This document shows positions 9,201 to 17,300 of a stretch of DNA of 28,433 nt, piece by piece. The stretch lies in IMG/VR virus record IMGVR_UViG_3300044513_002415, positions 1 to 28,433 of that record; one strand, 5' to 3'. Source of the stretch: a virus (taxonomy: Duplodnaviria > Caudoviricetes). Each line of letters begins with the position of its first letter. Position 1 is the stretch's first letter. The notes below the pieces were generated by a model. The model saw only the letters and a list, made by a program, of their open reading frames with translations, made no database searches and was not told where the DNA came from. The translations under genes were made by a program, and so were the position numbers.

Positions 9201-10864
9201 TCAATAGCTGAATCAACATCTTCTTGAGTTTCAAAAGACTCAAAGCCTACACCTATTTCTTCCGCTATTTTTTTAGCACCAATATCTATTTTTTCAGATT
9301 TATCTTTTGTAATTAAATCACCTAATTGTTTGTCTATTTCAGATAATCTTTCTGATTGTTCTTTAGTTAAACTTGGGTTATCTATTGACTTTATTTCTTG
9401 CTTAAGCTTTTTTTGCTCTACAACTAAGTTAACTATAGGAGCTTTATTTTTAGTGCTAATACCTAAAGGTTTAATAGTATTTAAAGCGCCTTGTATTTCT
9501 CTGAAATTATTTTTAATTTCGTTAGATTTTTCTACAGTAAAAACTCCTTGTCCAACTTTTTCATTTAATTCAGCATCTAATTTTTTCTGTGTAAATCTAT
9601 TTTCAGTTAACTCTGAAAGTCCTTCTGTTAGATCTGGAGATTCATAAGCGTCAGTTAGATTTTTATATTCAGTTTTATTTAGATCGTTTTTAACGCTATT
9701 ATCTTCTAAAGTATTTCTAATTATTTTACCACCTACTCCAGTCGTACTCATACCACCGCCCATAGCTCCACCTACTAGAAAAACATCTATTACCTCTTTA
9801 AAGTAATTATCAAAAGCATCTTTTTTACCCAATATAACAGCATCAGCCATTCTATTTATTGTTTCTGTAGCTGATTCAGATAAACCTTCAGCGCCATAGT
9901 CTTTGCCTATACCCAACATTACTTGAGTTAAAGATTTCTTAACTTCATTTGCACCTTTACCTGAAAGATTTTTAAACATCTGACCGCCAATCTTTTTGGT
10001 AGTTACTTCAAGCAGAGCTTCTGAAGCACCTTTAACCGTAGAATAACCAATAGTTTTTAAACTTAGTTCTTCACCTTCTTTTTGAGCTTCAGCAGAAGCA
10101 CCTGCCGCTTCTCCTGCAAATATAGATGCTATACCGACATATGGTATCATAGACTGAACAACTGATGGTAAAGATCCTAAAGCGTCTGAAGCTGTTCTAA
10201 CTGTAGCTTCTACAAAATTACCCTTAGCATATTCTTCACCTATAGTTGTTTCAAATTGAGTTAAATCTTCTCTTATTTTTTCAGCTTTTTTAACTGACTC
10301 TTCGTAGTTTTGTAAACCAGTGTTCGCTAAATCTGTTAGACCAGGTTGAGGAGATATATTAGCTAAAACTTGCTTAGTTAAAGGATCTAAAGCGTCATAT
10401 CTAGCTTTTTCTTCGTCGGTCATAAACTCTCTAGAAATAGCGGCTTGAATTTCATTTAAAAATGTAGGTACTCTTGATAATTTACCTAAAGCATCTACTG
10501 TTGCTGCTTTTATTTTAGTACCTGTTTCTTGCCAAAAATCCCAATCACCATCTTTTTTTTCTTCAACGGTGTCAGATGTTACATCTTGATCAACTTGTGG
10601 TGATACCGAAAAAGTATCTTCCAAGCCAAATTCCGTAGCGGGTTGTGGTGCTTCTTGAGGTCCCATTGACGGAGCAACTGCACCCGGTACACCGTCTTTT
10701 TTCTTTACTGTACCAAGATCTACTTTATCAAGCTCTACAGTTTCTGAAATTAAAACTTCATCTTCTTCTTTATTTTTGTTTTTCCAATCTTTAGTTTTAG
10801 AGAGGATTTCATCTTGAGACAAACCTTGATCTTGTAAAGATGCTACATATTCTAGTAATGTCAT
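3200..10864 (-). CDS. Giant polyvalent internal virion (ejection) protein, 2554 aa
   Basis: Located after the tail genes; I see no Cys; Gly/Ala-rich hydrophobic segments near both ends. Motifs: HETGH (aa 603-607), sigma-region-2-like segment (~aa 770-855), EEHTMP (~aa 1293), HAD DFDDT (aa 1469), LTAR (aa 1749) and ADD (aa 1805), Walker A GGPGAGKT (aa 1506). Confidence 0.8.
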   Translation of the reverse strand: MTLLEYVASLQDQGLSQDEILSKTKDWKNKNKEEDEVLISETVELDKVDLGTVKKKDGVPGAVAPSMGPQEAPQPATEFGLEDTFSVSPQVDQDVTSDTVEEKKDGDWDFWQETGTKIKAATVDALGKLSRVPTFLNEIQAAISREFMTDEEKARYDALDPLTKQVLANISPQPGLTDLANTGLQNYEESVKKAEKIREDLTQFETTIGEEYAKGNFVEATVRTASDALGSLPSVVQSMIPYVGIASIFAGEAAGASAEAQKEGEELSLKTIGYSTVKGASEALLEVTTKKIGGQMFKNLSGKGANEVKKSLTQVMLGIGKDYGAEGLSESATETINRMADAVILGKKDAFDNYFKEVIDVFLVGGAMGGGMSTTGVGGKIIRNTLEDNSVKNDLNKTEYKNLTDAYESPDLTEGLSELTENRFTQKKLDAELNEKVGQGVFTVEKSNEIKNNFREIQGALNTIKPLGISTKNKAPIVNLVVEQKKLKQEIKSIDNPSLTKEQSERLSEIDKQLGDLITKDKSEKIDIGAKKIAEEIGVGFESFETQEDVDSAIETLKEEGSEIDTKNSDNYGTFVVLPDGRRIIVLNKEVATEDRTFTEGQHETGHAVLYETVKNKPEAAVALGKSLLNELQTNENITIKPEFKARLDQYVEDANISEADTMEEVLTLASEALTEGTIEINETIGDKIGGFIRRALSAMGMKVKFKNGKDVLNFIKDYNRSVHRQQGLSRGLKKAAVEGVEVDIAPQEITDLKQSIAKESKRVEDSQEVQRLYDDQGVSAAMDIINKFKPITNRIVESRSQAPNFDRQLLTDEIETGPRGILDLIMEYKPESGVPLAAYINKFLPSRAIEASRRVLGEEFTTDVTEAKGVVAEEVDETVTKEKPIAKKPTETVEFSQAQVEKVGAKDKAEVETRITEATKEAFKGQDIKTFGQTRNVPKTVADIYAGMFGLNPQTITDKTRNYQKTDSEGLTTAKQFLLKNANNDFARLPETKDGFGKGTFLPRNVMNALYTNGKLTGTLKDYMDLIRQKPVKPIYRDAVGQTIRGLLNLHIRNRMFESLVSTTAERAVGGAKFSKRKAVEDINMFIENQAFEKVSDELAAENKRWSYIAKKADVDFISSKNSEDVKKMQDWVVNVLAPRVPKSFFTNGTFANAGMSAAKRNFFFTSGLLKQDGTLGELGILLQDAVFAKENDNISKAVFRDTYVTGGRQGKVSERFINKFNSEQFKKEQQAKLQGLKDLFKVFETLMKENKNNTSFIIALLSSTSQGMNHFVRTSAPIKFYSKDVSSGIVEEHTMPASLVAKYLFNSAFAGTINKDFKNIEKNYFQGALALADDKKLKGKKPNGEPFNYIAMTPEGWKVTDNIWARYFNINVANTRGGIDPSNIVLSTGKTVFETFSITPSGLKLNEQGVKDVPKVENALNTVLPKSMESKKKISAQQNIYNQSILDEALNKARRPDAPVKKIRVFDFDDTLARSKSQVLYTVPNVEGGFSEGATNLKAIFMVGGPGAGKTNVGKGLQLGRRGYKVVNQDIALEAMKAESKLPAKESDYTAEQRSLRSKLGAAARKAAVAKFDKYAAAGNGMVIDGTGASYNATTKKIKALQDAGYEVHMVVATTPLETAIERNKARAERSLPDFVVKKTYESVQESLKKYREDFGDRLYEINTETIEYGKPLPNDFLQKVYAGINANKVGKVDASDFATEYNVLESQGAKFDFREFSKVIEGEKGPLFSVAQKIAKVRGTEDIFILTARPADAAKPIQEFMKVNGIDIPLKNITGLGDGTAEAKGRWIADKAAEGYNDFYFADDAVKNVQAVKDVLSQVDVKSKVQQAKASKRKTFDKVFNDIIEQKTGIESYKDYSAAKAKTVGANKGKFTFFTTPSAEDFLGLLYKTLGKGKVGDAQMAFYKENLLDPFNRAEMAISQAKVAAGRDYKALKKQFKGVPKTLEKETGISKYSYQHAIRTYIWDAQGIEVPGLSKRDQKRLTDFIKADPELQAFADQLVNIQKGKPYPKPDKDWTAGNITTDVISGINKVNRAEYLQEWQENVDIIFSEKNMNKLEAAFGVKYVEALKDSLRAMKSGSNRPLGGDRVSNQILDWLNNSVGAIMFLNTRSAVLQTISAVNFINWGDNNILKAGKAFANQKQFWGDFLTLMNSDYLLERRDGLKINVSESEIADAVEGSKNKVNAAISYLLNKGFVFTRYADSFAIASGGATFYRNRIESLVEQGMDRKLAEQQAFEDFRLIAEENQQSSSPMRISQQQRSLIGRIILQFGNTQLQYVRIQKRAVQDLVNKRGDWRANISKIVYYGAIQNIMFNALQSGLAWALFDDDEDDEELTEANKEQKLERALNGAIDSQLKGLGIQGAVIAGVKNSLMTIAEQADKKSPKFEEALDDLLSIAPALGSKIRKLKSAARTVSWNGKEIKEKGFSMDNPAYLAGAQTISAIFNIPLDRAVMKMNNMRNILNPATENWQKVALALGWSGWDVGLPYFGLAEAEPVLTETQKQVKKLFNLNKSDQVKMLLDLGLTKKEIRALTKEDDRVKEIIKLQNKNKDGK

Positions 10865-10876
10865 TTAATTAAATTT

Positions 10877-11923
10877 TTATAGGTTATTAGCTTCGATGAA
10901 TGCTTGTGCTTTAGCTATTTTAGCTTCTTGTAAATCAAAAATAGCAGCGTCTTCTGGAATTGTAGGTAACTGATTTTTAGTAAACTGAAGTAAATAATTA
11001 TTAATAAAGTAATCTTTATATTTTTTAGAGAACTCATCTTTTTTACTTTGATCTAATGGTAAATCTTCTGTATAAGACCAGTATTTACCTTCAGACAAGT
11101 AAACGTTCCAAGCAGCTATAGTTTCTTCCTCAGAAGACATTACAGCAGCTATCTCAGCGTCTATAAAGGGTTTTGAAACTCTTTGTATTTTATCTATATC
11201 GTATTTTAATACATTTCTACCTTTACCATTACCTATTTCTATAATTTCATAATCAAAGCTACCATCTGCGTTTTTTAGCACAAACTCTTCTTTTATTTTA
11301 GCGTTAGGTTTTAATTGGTCATTCTCACCAATATCTGATGTTGGAAACACATTGATTTCAGTTAAGAGCTTTTGCATATCCTTACTTAACTCAGGTGTCG
11401 ATGCAACTATTGTAGTATCAGATTCATTAAGAGAACTTAAAGCAGAACTATTTATTACTAATGGCTTTTCAAAAGCAGGTCCTGTAAAAACAATATCTTG
11501 ACTTCCATCTTCTAATAAATGTAAAGCAATATCATAGCCATCAGTTTTAGAAAAACCTGGTCTTCTTTGTAATATACAATTAACAACAGTATACTCGTAG
11601 TTGTTGTTTGGGTCAAAGTTTGCGTCTTCTGTTATTTCTACATTAGATAAAATCATAGCCAAAAAATCTAAAGCAGCTTGAGGCGCTTGCTCTAGTTGCT
11701 TTATTTTATTTAGTTCATACTCACAATTATCAGACAAGCAATTATTAGTTTCTACAGCTATTTTAAGCTTAGCATATACTTTACCAGTGTCTCTAAAAGC
11801 TTTACCTAGTATATCAAAATTAACATCAGATGATCTAGCTATATACTCTTTATTAAAGCCCATGGCGCTGCTTTCGACCATTTGCTTTATAGTAAGATTT
11901 GTAATTACATTTTTATTACTCAT
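10877..11923 (-). CDS. Hypothetical acidic protein (348 aa), possibly internal virion protein
   Basis: Long ORF in the operon between two ejection-type proteins; no motif recognised. Confidence 0.5.
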   Translation of the reverse strand: MSNKNVITNLTIKQMVESSAMGFNKEYIARSSDVNFDILGKAFRDTGKVYAKLKIAVETNNCLSDNCEYELNKIKQLEQAPQAALDFLAMILSNVEITEDANFDPNNNYEYTVVNCILQRRPGFSKTDGYDIALHLLEDGSQDIVFTGPAFEKPLVINSSALSSLNESDTTIVASTPELSKDMQKLLTEINVFPTSDIGENDQLKPNAKIKEEFVLKNADGSFDYEIIEIGNGKGRNVLKYDIDKIQRVSKPFIDAEIAAVMSSEEETIAAWNVYLSEGKYWSYTEDLPLDQSKKDEFSKKYKDYFINNYLLQFTKNQLPTIPEDAAIFDLQEAKIAKAQAFIEANNL

Positions 11924-11935
11924 TTCTTTTTATTA

Positions 11936-12607
11936 TTAACCAGCTGATGGTGAGTTAAACGCTCCAGATAATCCTGCCTGAGCCAAACTACCAAACATAC
12001 CTGTTATAGCCGATGTTTCGTCTGCTCTAGCTTGAGCTTCAGCACCTTTTGCTGCACCCATTAAAGAAGCTGTCCTGTCTATTTCTTGTTGCTGTCTTCT
12101 TTCTGTTTGAGAGAAAACAAATTCTTTACCAGCAGCTTCAACGCCTTGCATTCTAACTTCTTCTGCTAGTTTTTGTTGTTGCGTTTGTTGTTCGCCTTGA
12201 GCTCTTAGTTTTTCATTTTGAGCTTCTTGAGATTCTATACTAGCCGCAACACCTCTTTTACTTCTTAAAGCTGCATTGGCTAAAGCAGTAGCTCCACCAG
12301 CAGAAGCTCCAGTAGCTCTTAAAGTGTCTAATGTATTTGCCAAAGATAAATCAGCTTCTTCTATTTGTATTTCAGCCGCTTTAGTAGCTACGCTTAAACT
12401 AGAAAAAGGATTAGAAATCATACTACTTAAGCTTTCAGCACCTTCGTAAGGATTTATAATTTCTTGTCTATTAGCTTCTAAGTTATTTAGTTTTGCTTGA
12501 AGTCTTCTAGCTTCTCTAGCAGCTCTTCTTTTGGCTTTTCTAGCTTTGCTAGAACCAAAGAGACCACCAGCGATGCTAGCTACTCCACCTATTATTGCTC
12601 CAACCAT
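11936..12607 (-). CDS. Putative ejection / DNA-pilot-type internal virion protein (223 aa)
   Basis: Gly-rich hydrophobic N-terminus (MVGAIIGGVASIAGGLFG) followed by a basic patch, an Ala/Gln-rich coiled coil and a Gly-rich hydrophobic C-terminus; no Cys. This layout is typical of small podovirus ejection proteins. Confidence 0.7.
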   Translation of the reverse strand: MVGAIIGGVASIAGGLFGSSKARKAKRRAAREARRLQAKLNNLEANRQEIINPYEGAESLSSMISNPFSSLSVATKAAEIQIEEADLSLANTLDTLRATGASAGGATALANAALRSKRGVAASIESQEAQNEKLRAQGEQQTQQQKLAEEVRMQGVEAAGKEFVFSQTERRQQQEIDRTASLMGAAKGAEAQARADETSAITGMFGSLAQAGLSGAFNSPSAG

Positions 12608-12625
12608 TATTTTATATTTTTACTA

Positions 12626-14341
12626 TTAATATCCATTGTTAAGAATATAAGTTGATCCAACTGAGAAAAGTTGTTTTTCTCCACCGGGATCAGTTGATGA
12701 ATCTGTTGAAAAAGTTACGTCAGCGTAAAAACCTTTTACACCAGATATTTTATTGCCAAAATTAATTTCTCTCTCTGATACTACAGAGTCGTTTGTTAAG
12801 CTTGCAACGTATTTATTTTCTTTTAAATTAAAACCAGCTTGATATTTATCCAAAGGAGGCGTTGATGTTCCGTAAGCTGTTAAGTAATCATTTCTGTTAA
12901 CAACTAAGGATATATTTAAATGATCATACTGCTGCACGTTTATATCTTGATTTACAGTTACTGTATTTGTTGCGCTTTCAAAGCTAACAACAGTTGTATT
13001 ATCTGGAACACCATCACCAGTAACTACACCTCCTATAGGTATTAAAAATACTTGACCATATGTTTGACTAGGGTTTATTTGAAACGTAGTTAACGTTGAA
13101 GGCGTAGAAGCTACTAACACGTCTAGGTTTGTAACTACGTATTCTCCTTCGTAATAACTTTTTATTCCAGAAGCTTCATCAAATGTAATAGGACTTGTTT
13201 CGTTTGTCCAGCCTTGTGGTGTATATAACTCCCCTGTTCTATCTGACGTGAGATTATTCATTTGCCAACCGCTAGTACCTTCGTAACTTATGGTTTGAAA
13301 AGTCTTAGAATTTGCTGGACTTTGATTTAACACAAAACTTATAGAACTTTGACTTGTAACACCATAAAAACTACCTCTTGAAACATTTGCACCAGTCGCG
13401 GTGGTTGTAGCATAATGCTTAAATAAACCTCCGTTTTTAGCGCTATAAAAAACATTTCTTAAGCTAAATATTTGCTCTGGCTTATAAGTAAAAAAGCTAA
13501 CCCAACCTTTAGCTTTTTCGTCAAATGATAAAGTATTCCATTTATTAGAATTTGGATCAGCCACAATGTTTGGCTGCATTGAAACTACGTATTGCGAGTT
13601 ATGAACATCATACCCACCTATAACGTATCCTTGTGTATTGTTTCTATCAATAGACGTTAAAGTATCTCTAAAGAAATCAACCATTCCATATTCTGACACT
13701 TCAGTTATACCATCTCCACTTAACCTAAGAATAGCGTTGTTATTTTTATCAGAAAAATACTTTCTATAACCATAAACAGCAAAACTTTCAGGGTTTTTGC
13801 TTATACCGTATTCACCAGGATAAGGCTGTATTGTTCCTATAACTAAATTAGATGTAGTTACAGAGCCACCGCCTTCAGCCGAATAAATAGCGTCTTTGTC
13901 TATTAAAGCTCTTGATACTTTGTTTTCTTGAAATATAACAAGATTTGTATCTTCTGCATAAAGTTTTTGTATTGACCCATTTGAAGGGTCTGCACTTTTA
14001 GTAATATCTTCAGCAACAGAAAAAACATTAGACTCGTTAACTCCTGTTCTAGAATTAAATATACCAGAATATATTAAAGAATTTACTCTAAACGAAGCTG
14101 ATTCATCTTCTTCAACTAAATAAGCTTTAGCGCCAAAATCAACAGATGTATTATTATATCCGCCTCTAATTCTAGATTCTTCTATAGCCCAGTTTTGAGG
14201 TTCTAAAACATCATTAACAACTTTGTATCCACCTAGATCACTAGGTATACCTAAAGATCCATTCCAAATAGGTTCGTCCGATGAATTTGTCTTCTTTAAT
14301 ACAAAAGAGTTAAAATACTTAACCTCTATTACTGCTCCCAT
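12626..14341 (-). CDS. Tail protein, C-terminal part of a muzzle/stabilisation (P22 gp10-like) beta-propeller protein
   Basis: Beta-rich; GSIQKL...LVIFQENKVS, YGISKNPESFA.YG...YF.D, GGYD and W.SF..Y.P blocks resemble the C-terminal half of crAss-like tail stabilisation proteins. Confidence 0.65.
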   Translation of the reverse strand: MGAVIEVKYFNSFVLKKTNSSDEPIWNGSLGIPSDLGGYKVVNDVLEPQNWAIEESRIRGGYNNTSVDFGAKAYLVEEDESASFRVNSLIYSGIFNSRTGVNESNVFSVAEDITKSADPSNGSIQKLYAEDTNLVIFQENKVSRALIDKDAIYSAEGGGSVTTSNLVIGTIQPYPGEYGISKNPESFAVYGYRKYFSDKNNNAILRLSGDGITEVSEYGMVDFFRDTLTSIDRNNTQGYVIGGYDVHNSQYVVSMQPNIVADPNSNKWNTLSFDEKAKGWVSFFTYKPEQIFSLRNVFYSAKNGGLFKHYATTTATGANVSRGSFYGVTSQSSISFVLNQSPANSKTFQTISYEGTSGWQMNNLTSDRTGELYTPQGWTNETSPITFDEASGIKSYYEGEYVVTNLDVLVASTPSTLTTFQINPSQTYGQVFLIPIGGVVTGDGVPDNTTVVSFESATNTVTVNQDINVQQYDHLNISLVVNRNDYLTAYGTSTPPLDKYQAGFNLKENKYVASLTNDSVVSEREINFGNKISGVKGFYADVTFSTDSSTDPGGEKQLFSVGSTYILNNGY

Positions 14342-14349
14342 ATTGTAAT

Positions 14350-14365
14350 TATCACTTATTTTTAT
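14350..14365 (-). promoter_or_regulatory. Repeated intergenic motif ATAAAAATAAGTGATA (candidate phage promoter or operator), copy 1
   Basis: 15 of 16 nt identical to 21270-21285; same orientation; both upstream of tail genes. Confidence 0.5.
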
Positions 14366-14371
14366 TTTAAA

Positions 14372-17300
14372 TTACAGTTCAACATTCCATCTATACTGAT
14401 CTACTTCTTCTTGAGGTATATTGGTTGTGGCTTGTAGTTCAGCATCATACGTAACAATAGCGTTTGATGGCTGCGTATAAATACCTTTACTTGTTCCTGA
14501 TTCTATTCTTCTAATATACTTGCAATTTGTCCTCCATTGTGAATGTAACTCCGCTTCACCTTGTACGAAAGAAGCTCTTAGCATCCTAGCACCTGTTCTA
14601 CCAAAAGGAAGATTAACGTCACTAGCTCCACCTAAAATAGTTAAATTATTACCAACTCTGTTTATTCCTCCACCTGTAAAACCTGGCCCAAAACCTGTAT
14701 TATTACCACCTTCTATCAAAGAACCTACGTAACACAACTCTGGAAAATTTGGAAATTGCCCTGGGTCATCGCTGTTTGTAAAAGGCTGACCAGCGTATGT
14801 TTGGTTGAGGTCATTAAAACCTTGCTCGCCATTAATAATGCCACCGATATCTGTAGACCAAGGCCCGTTGTACAAGTACCAGCCTTGAGCAGCTACAGGT
14901 CCTTCTGTTACTTTAAAAGTTGTATAGTATTGCCAACACCGTGATGATAAACATGGACCTTTCATAGCCAAATTAGGATTAAAAGGACTATACGCTCTAG
15001 TAAAATACCTATAAGTTTTAACATCTTCAACTCTAACACCAAAATCAACAACAAAATCAACTTCAACTGAATCATTTTCACCTCCAGCGTCAGTAACTCT
15101 TACAGTAAATTCATATCTATCAGCAGGTATAAATATACCTTGTATATTAAAAAGAGTTATTTCAAAGTTACCATTAGGGTTTTGATATGCGTTATTTAAT
15201 TCAAAAAATCCAGATTGAGTAATATTATTTCCTGAAGAGTTAATTATAGATACAATTTCAACACTGTTTTCATTTAATATATTAGATAAATTAACGTTAC
15301 CACTTCCGTTCTGACATACTATAGTAGTAATTTGGTAAGTTGATGGGGTTACTAATATTTCTTCTCCAGGACTTGGGCTAGATATGGTTGGGCTTAAATT
15401 TGCAAGATCTAGCTGTAAAGAAAATGGTGTTACTAGATCGTTTACTGTAGCTTGAAGATTTATAGTAAATTTTCTTAATTCGTCGTTATTATCAAAAAAT
15501 ATATTATTGAAATAATTTGTATTAACTCTTATATTATACTCGTTAGCACCTGGAACAACCTCATAAAGTTCAAAATAATTTACGTCTTCTGGTATAGGTG
15601 TTACATAGTTTTTTTGACTAACTATTTCTAGCGGAGAATTAATACTAGAAACTGGAACTTGAATTCCAAAATTATCAACAATAAAAATACTTGATGAAGA
15701 AACATTATCACCGTCTTGAATGCCTTCATTAAAAGGTGTTGGGTTGAAGCCAAATAGATCAGCTCCACCAGAAGATTCATTTAAAACAGCATTATTCAAA
15801 TCTTCTATCAATCCAGAAGTAGAAGTTTCCCAAAATATATCTAACAAACTCTCTTCAGGTTTTGTCTCATATACAGCTAAGTATTGAATACCTGGTAATT
15901 CTTCACCTGTCACCACTATGTCTTTTCCGCGAGTAACTGAAACGCTTTGGTTAACTTCTATTTTACCCAAAGTAGAAATATCAACGCTAGTTCCAGCGTT
16001 TACATTAACTACATTGTTTAATGTTATGACTTTAGGTGATACCGATGAATTACTAGAAATAATGATTGTTCCATCAGGTATACCAGGTCCTACAACAGAA
16101 CTGTTATTGGCTGGAACTGGATCGTTGGTTGTTATAGTGTTATTCGTAGTAGCAGTTGCAGTTGTAATTGTAACAGGTGACGAAGGTGGTGTCCAAGCTG
16201 ATCCTGAAACTTCTAAATCTTCAGGAAGCCCTTGACCAGAAACTTTACTACCTATGACTATAGTACTGACATCGCCAGAAACGTTCGCTACTTGTATTAT
16301 GTTTGTTGTTGCAGAAACACCAACTGTAGCTGTTACGGGATCATAATTTGTTGTTGAAATTTGCCCTATCTTTTTATTAGTACTTATTTTAGCTATAAGC
16401 GGATTTGAATCTACAGAATAAAATTGAGGAAAATAGTTTGGTCTAGGAGCGGTGTCTCCAATTGTAGTATATTCGAATAAATCAGCAACAGTAGATATAG
16501 TAGAAACAGTATCAGATGATCTTTTCGGATAATATTGAGTGTTTGCAGCGCCTAAATTGCTTGTTGGATCTATGAGTATGTCCGTGTTTTCTACTCTACC
16601 AAAAAGTTGAACAGAACTTCTAAACTGTCTTTGTTGAGGTCCTACCTCGCTTAAATCTCTTGGCACTTTATTTATATTGTCATTTATTAATACAATATGA
16701 GAGGTTTTACCTATTTCCAAAGATTGATCTACAGGATACGATGCCATTATTCCAGGCAAATAAACATTATAATATTCTTGCTCTGTTTGTTTTATTACTA
16801 TCTTATAACTGTACCAACCTAAAGGATTATAATCTAAACTAGTAGGATCTCCATTGTATATCCCAGGAGTTCCTAGTTGGTTGTTTTTGGTGGAAGATAT
16901 AACTTCATTAAATAGAATCTTTAAGGAATCTCCCGCCCAACTACCGGGTATGTAACTAGCAGAGTTATCTTTATACGCTGAATATATTGTATCTCCAGAA
17001 AAACTAAAAAGACCAACTTTAACTGTATCTTTGTTGTTAGATAATAAAACAGTAGATGTTCTACCGTATCTATCAGAGAGAACTATACCAGCTTGATAAT
17101 TTCTATTTGTTTTAACTGTACTATTCGGATATTCTATAATACTTGTTGTTTGCGTAGTATCAGCCCCTGGTTCGAAAAAAACAATACTTGAAGCTGCTAA
17201 ACCAGTGACACTTTCACTTAAAACTATATCATAATTACCTCCGCTAGCGGTTATAGAAACAACCTGAGTGTCTTCTGGTATAACACCTGAGCCAGTTACT

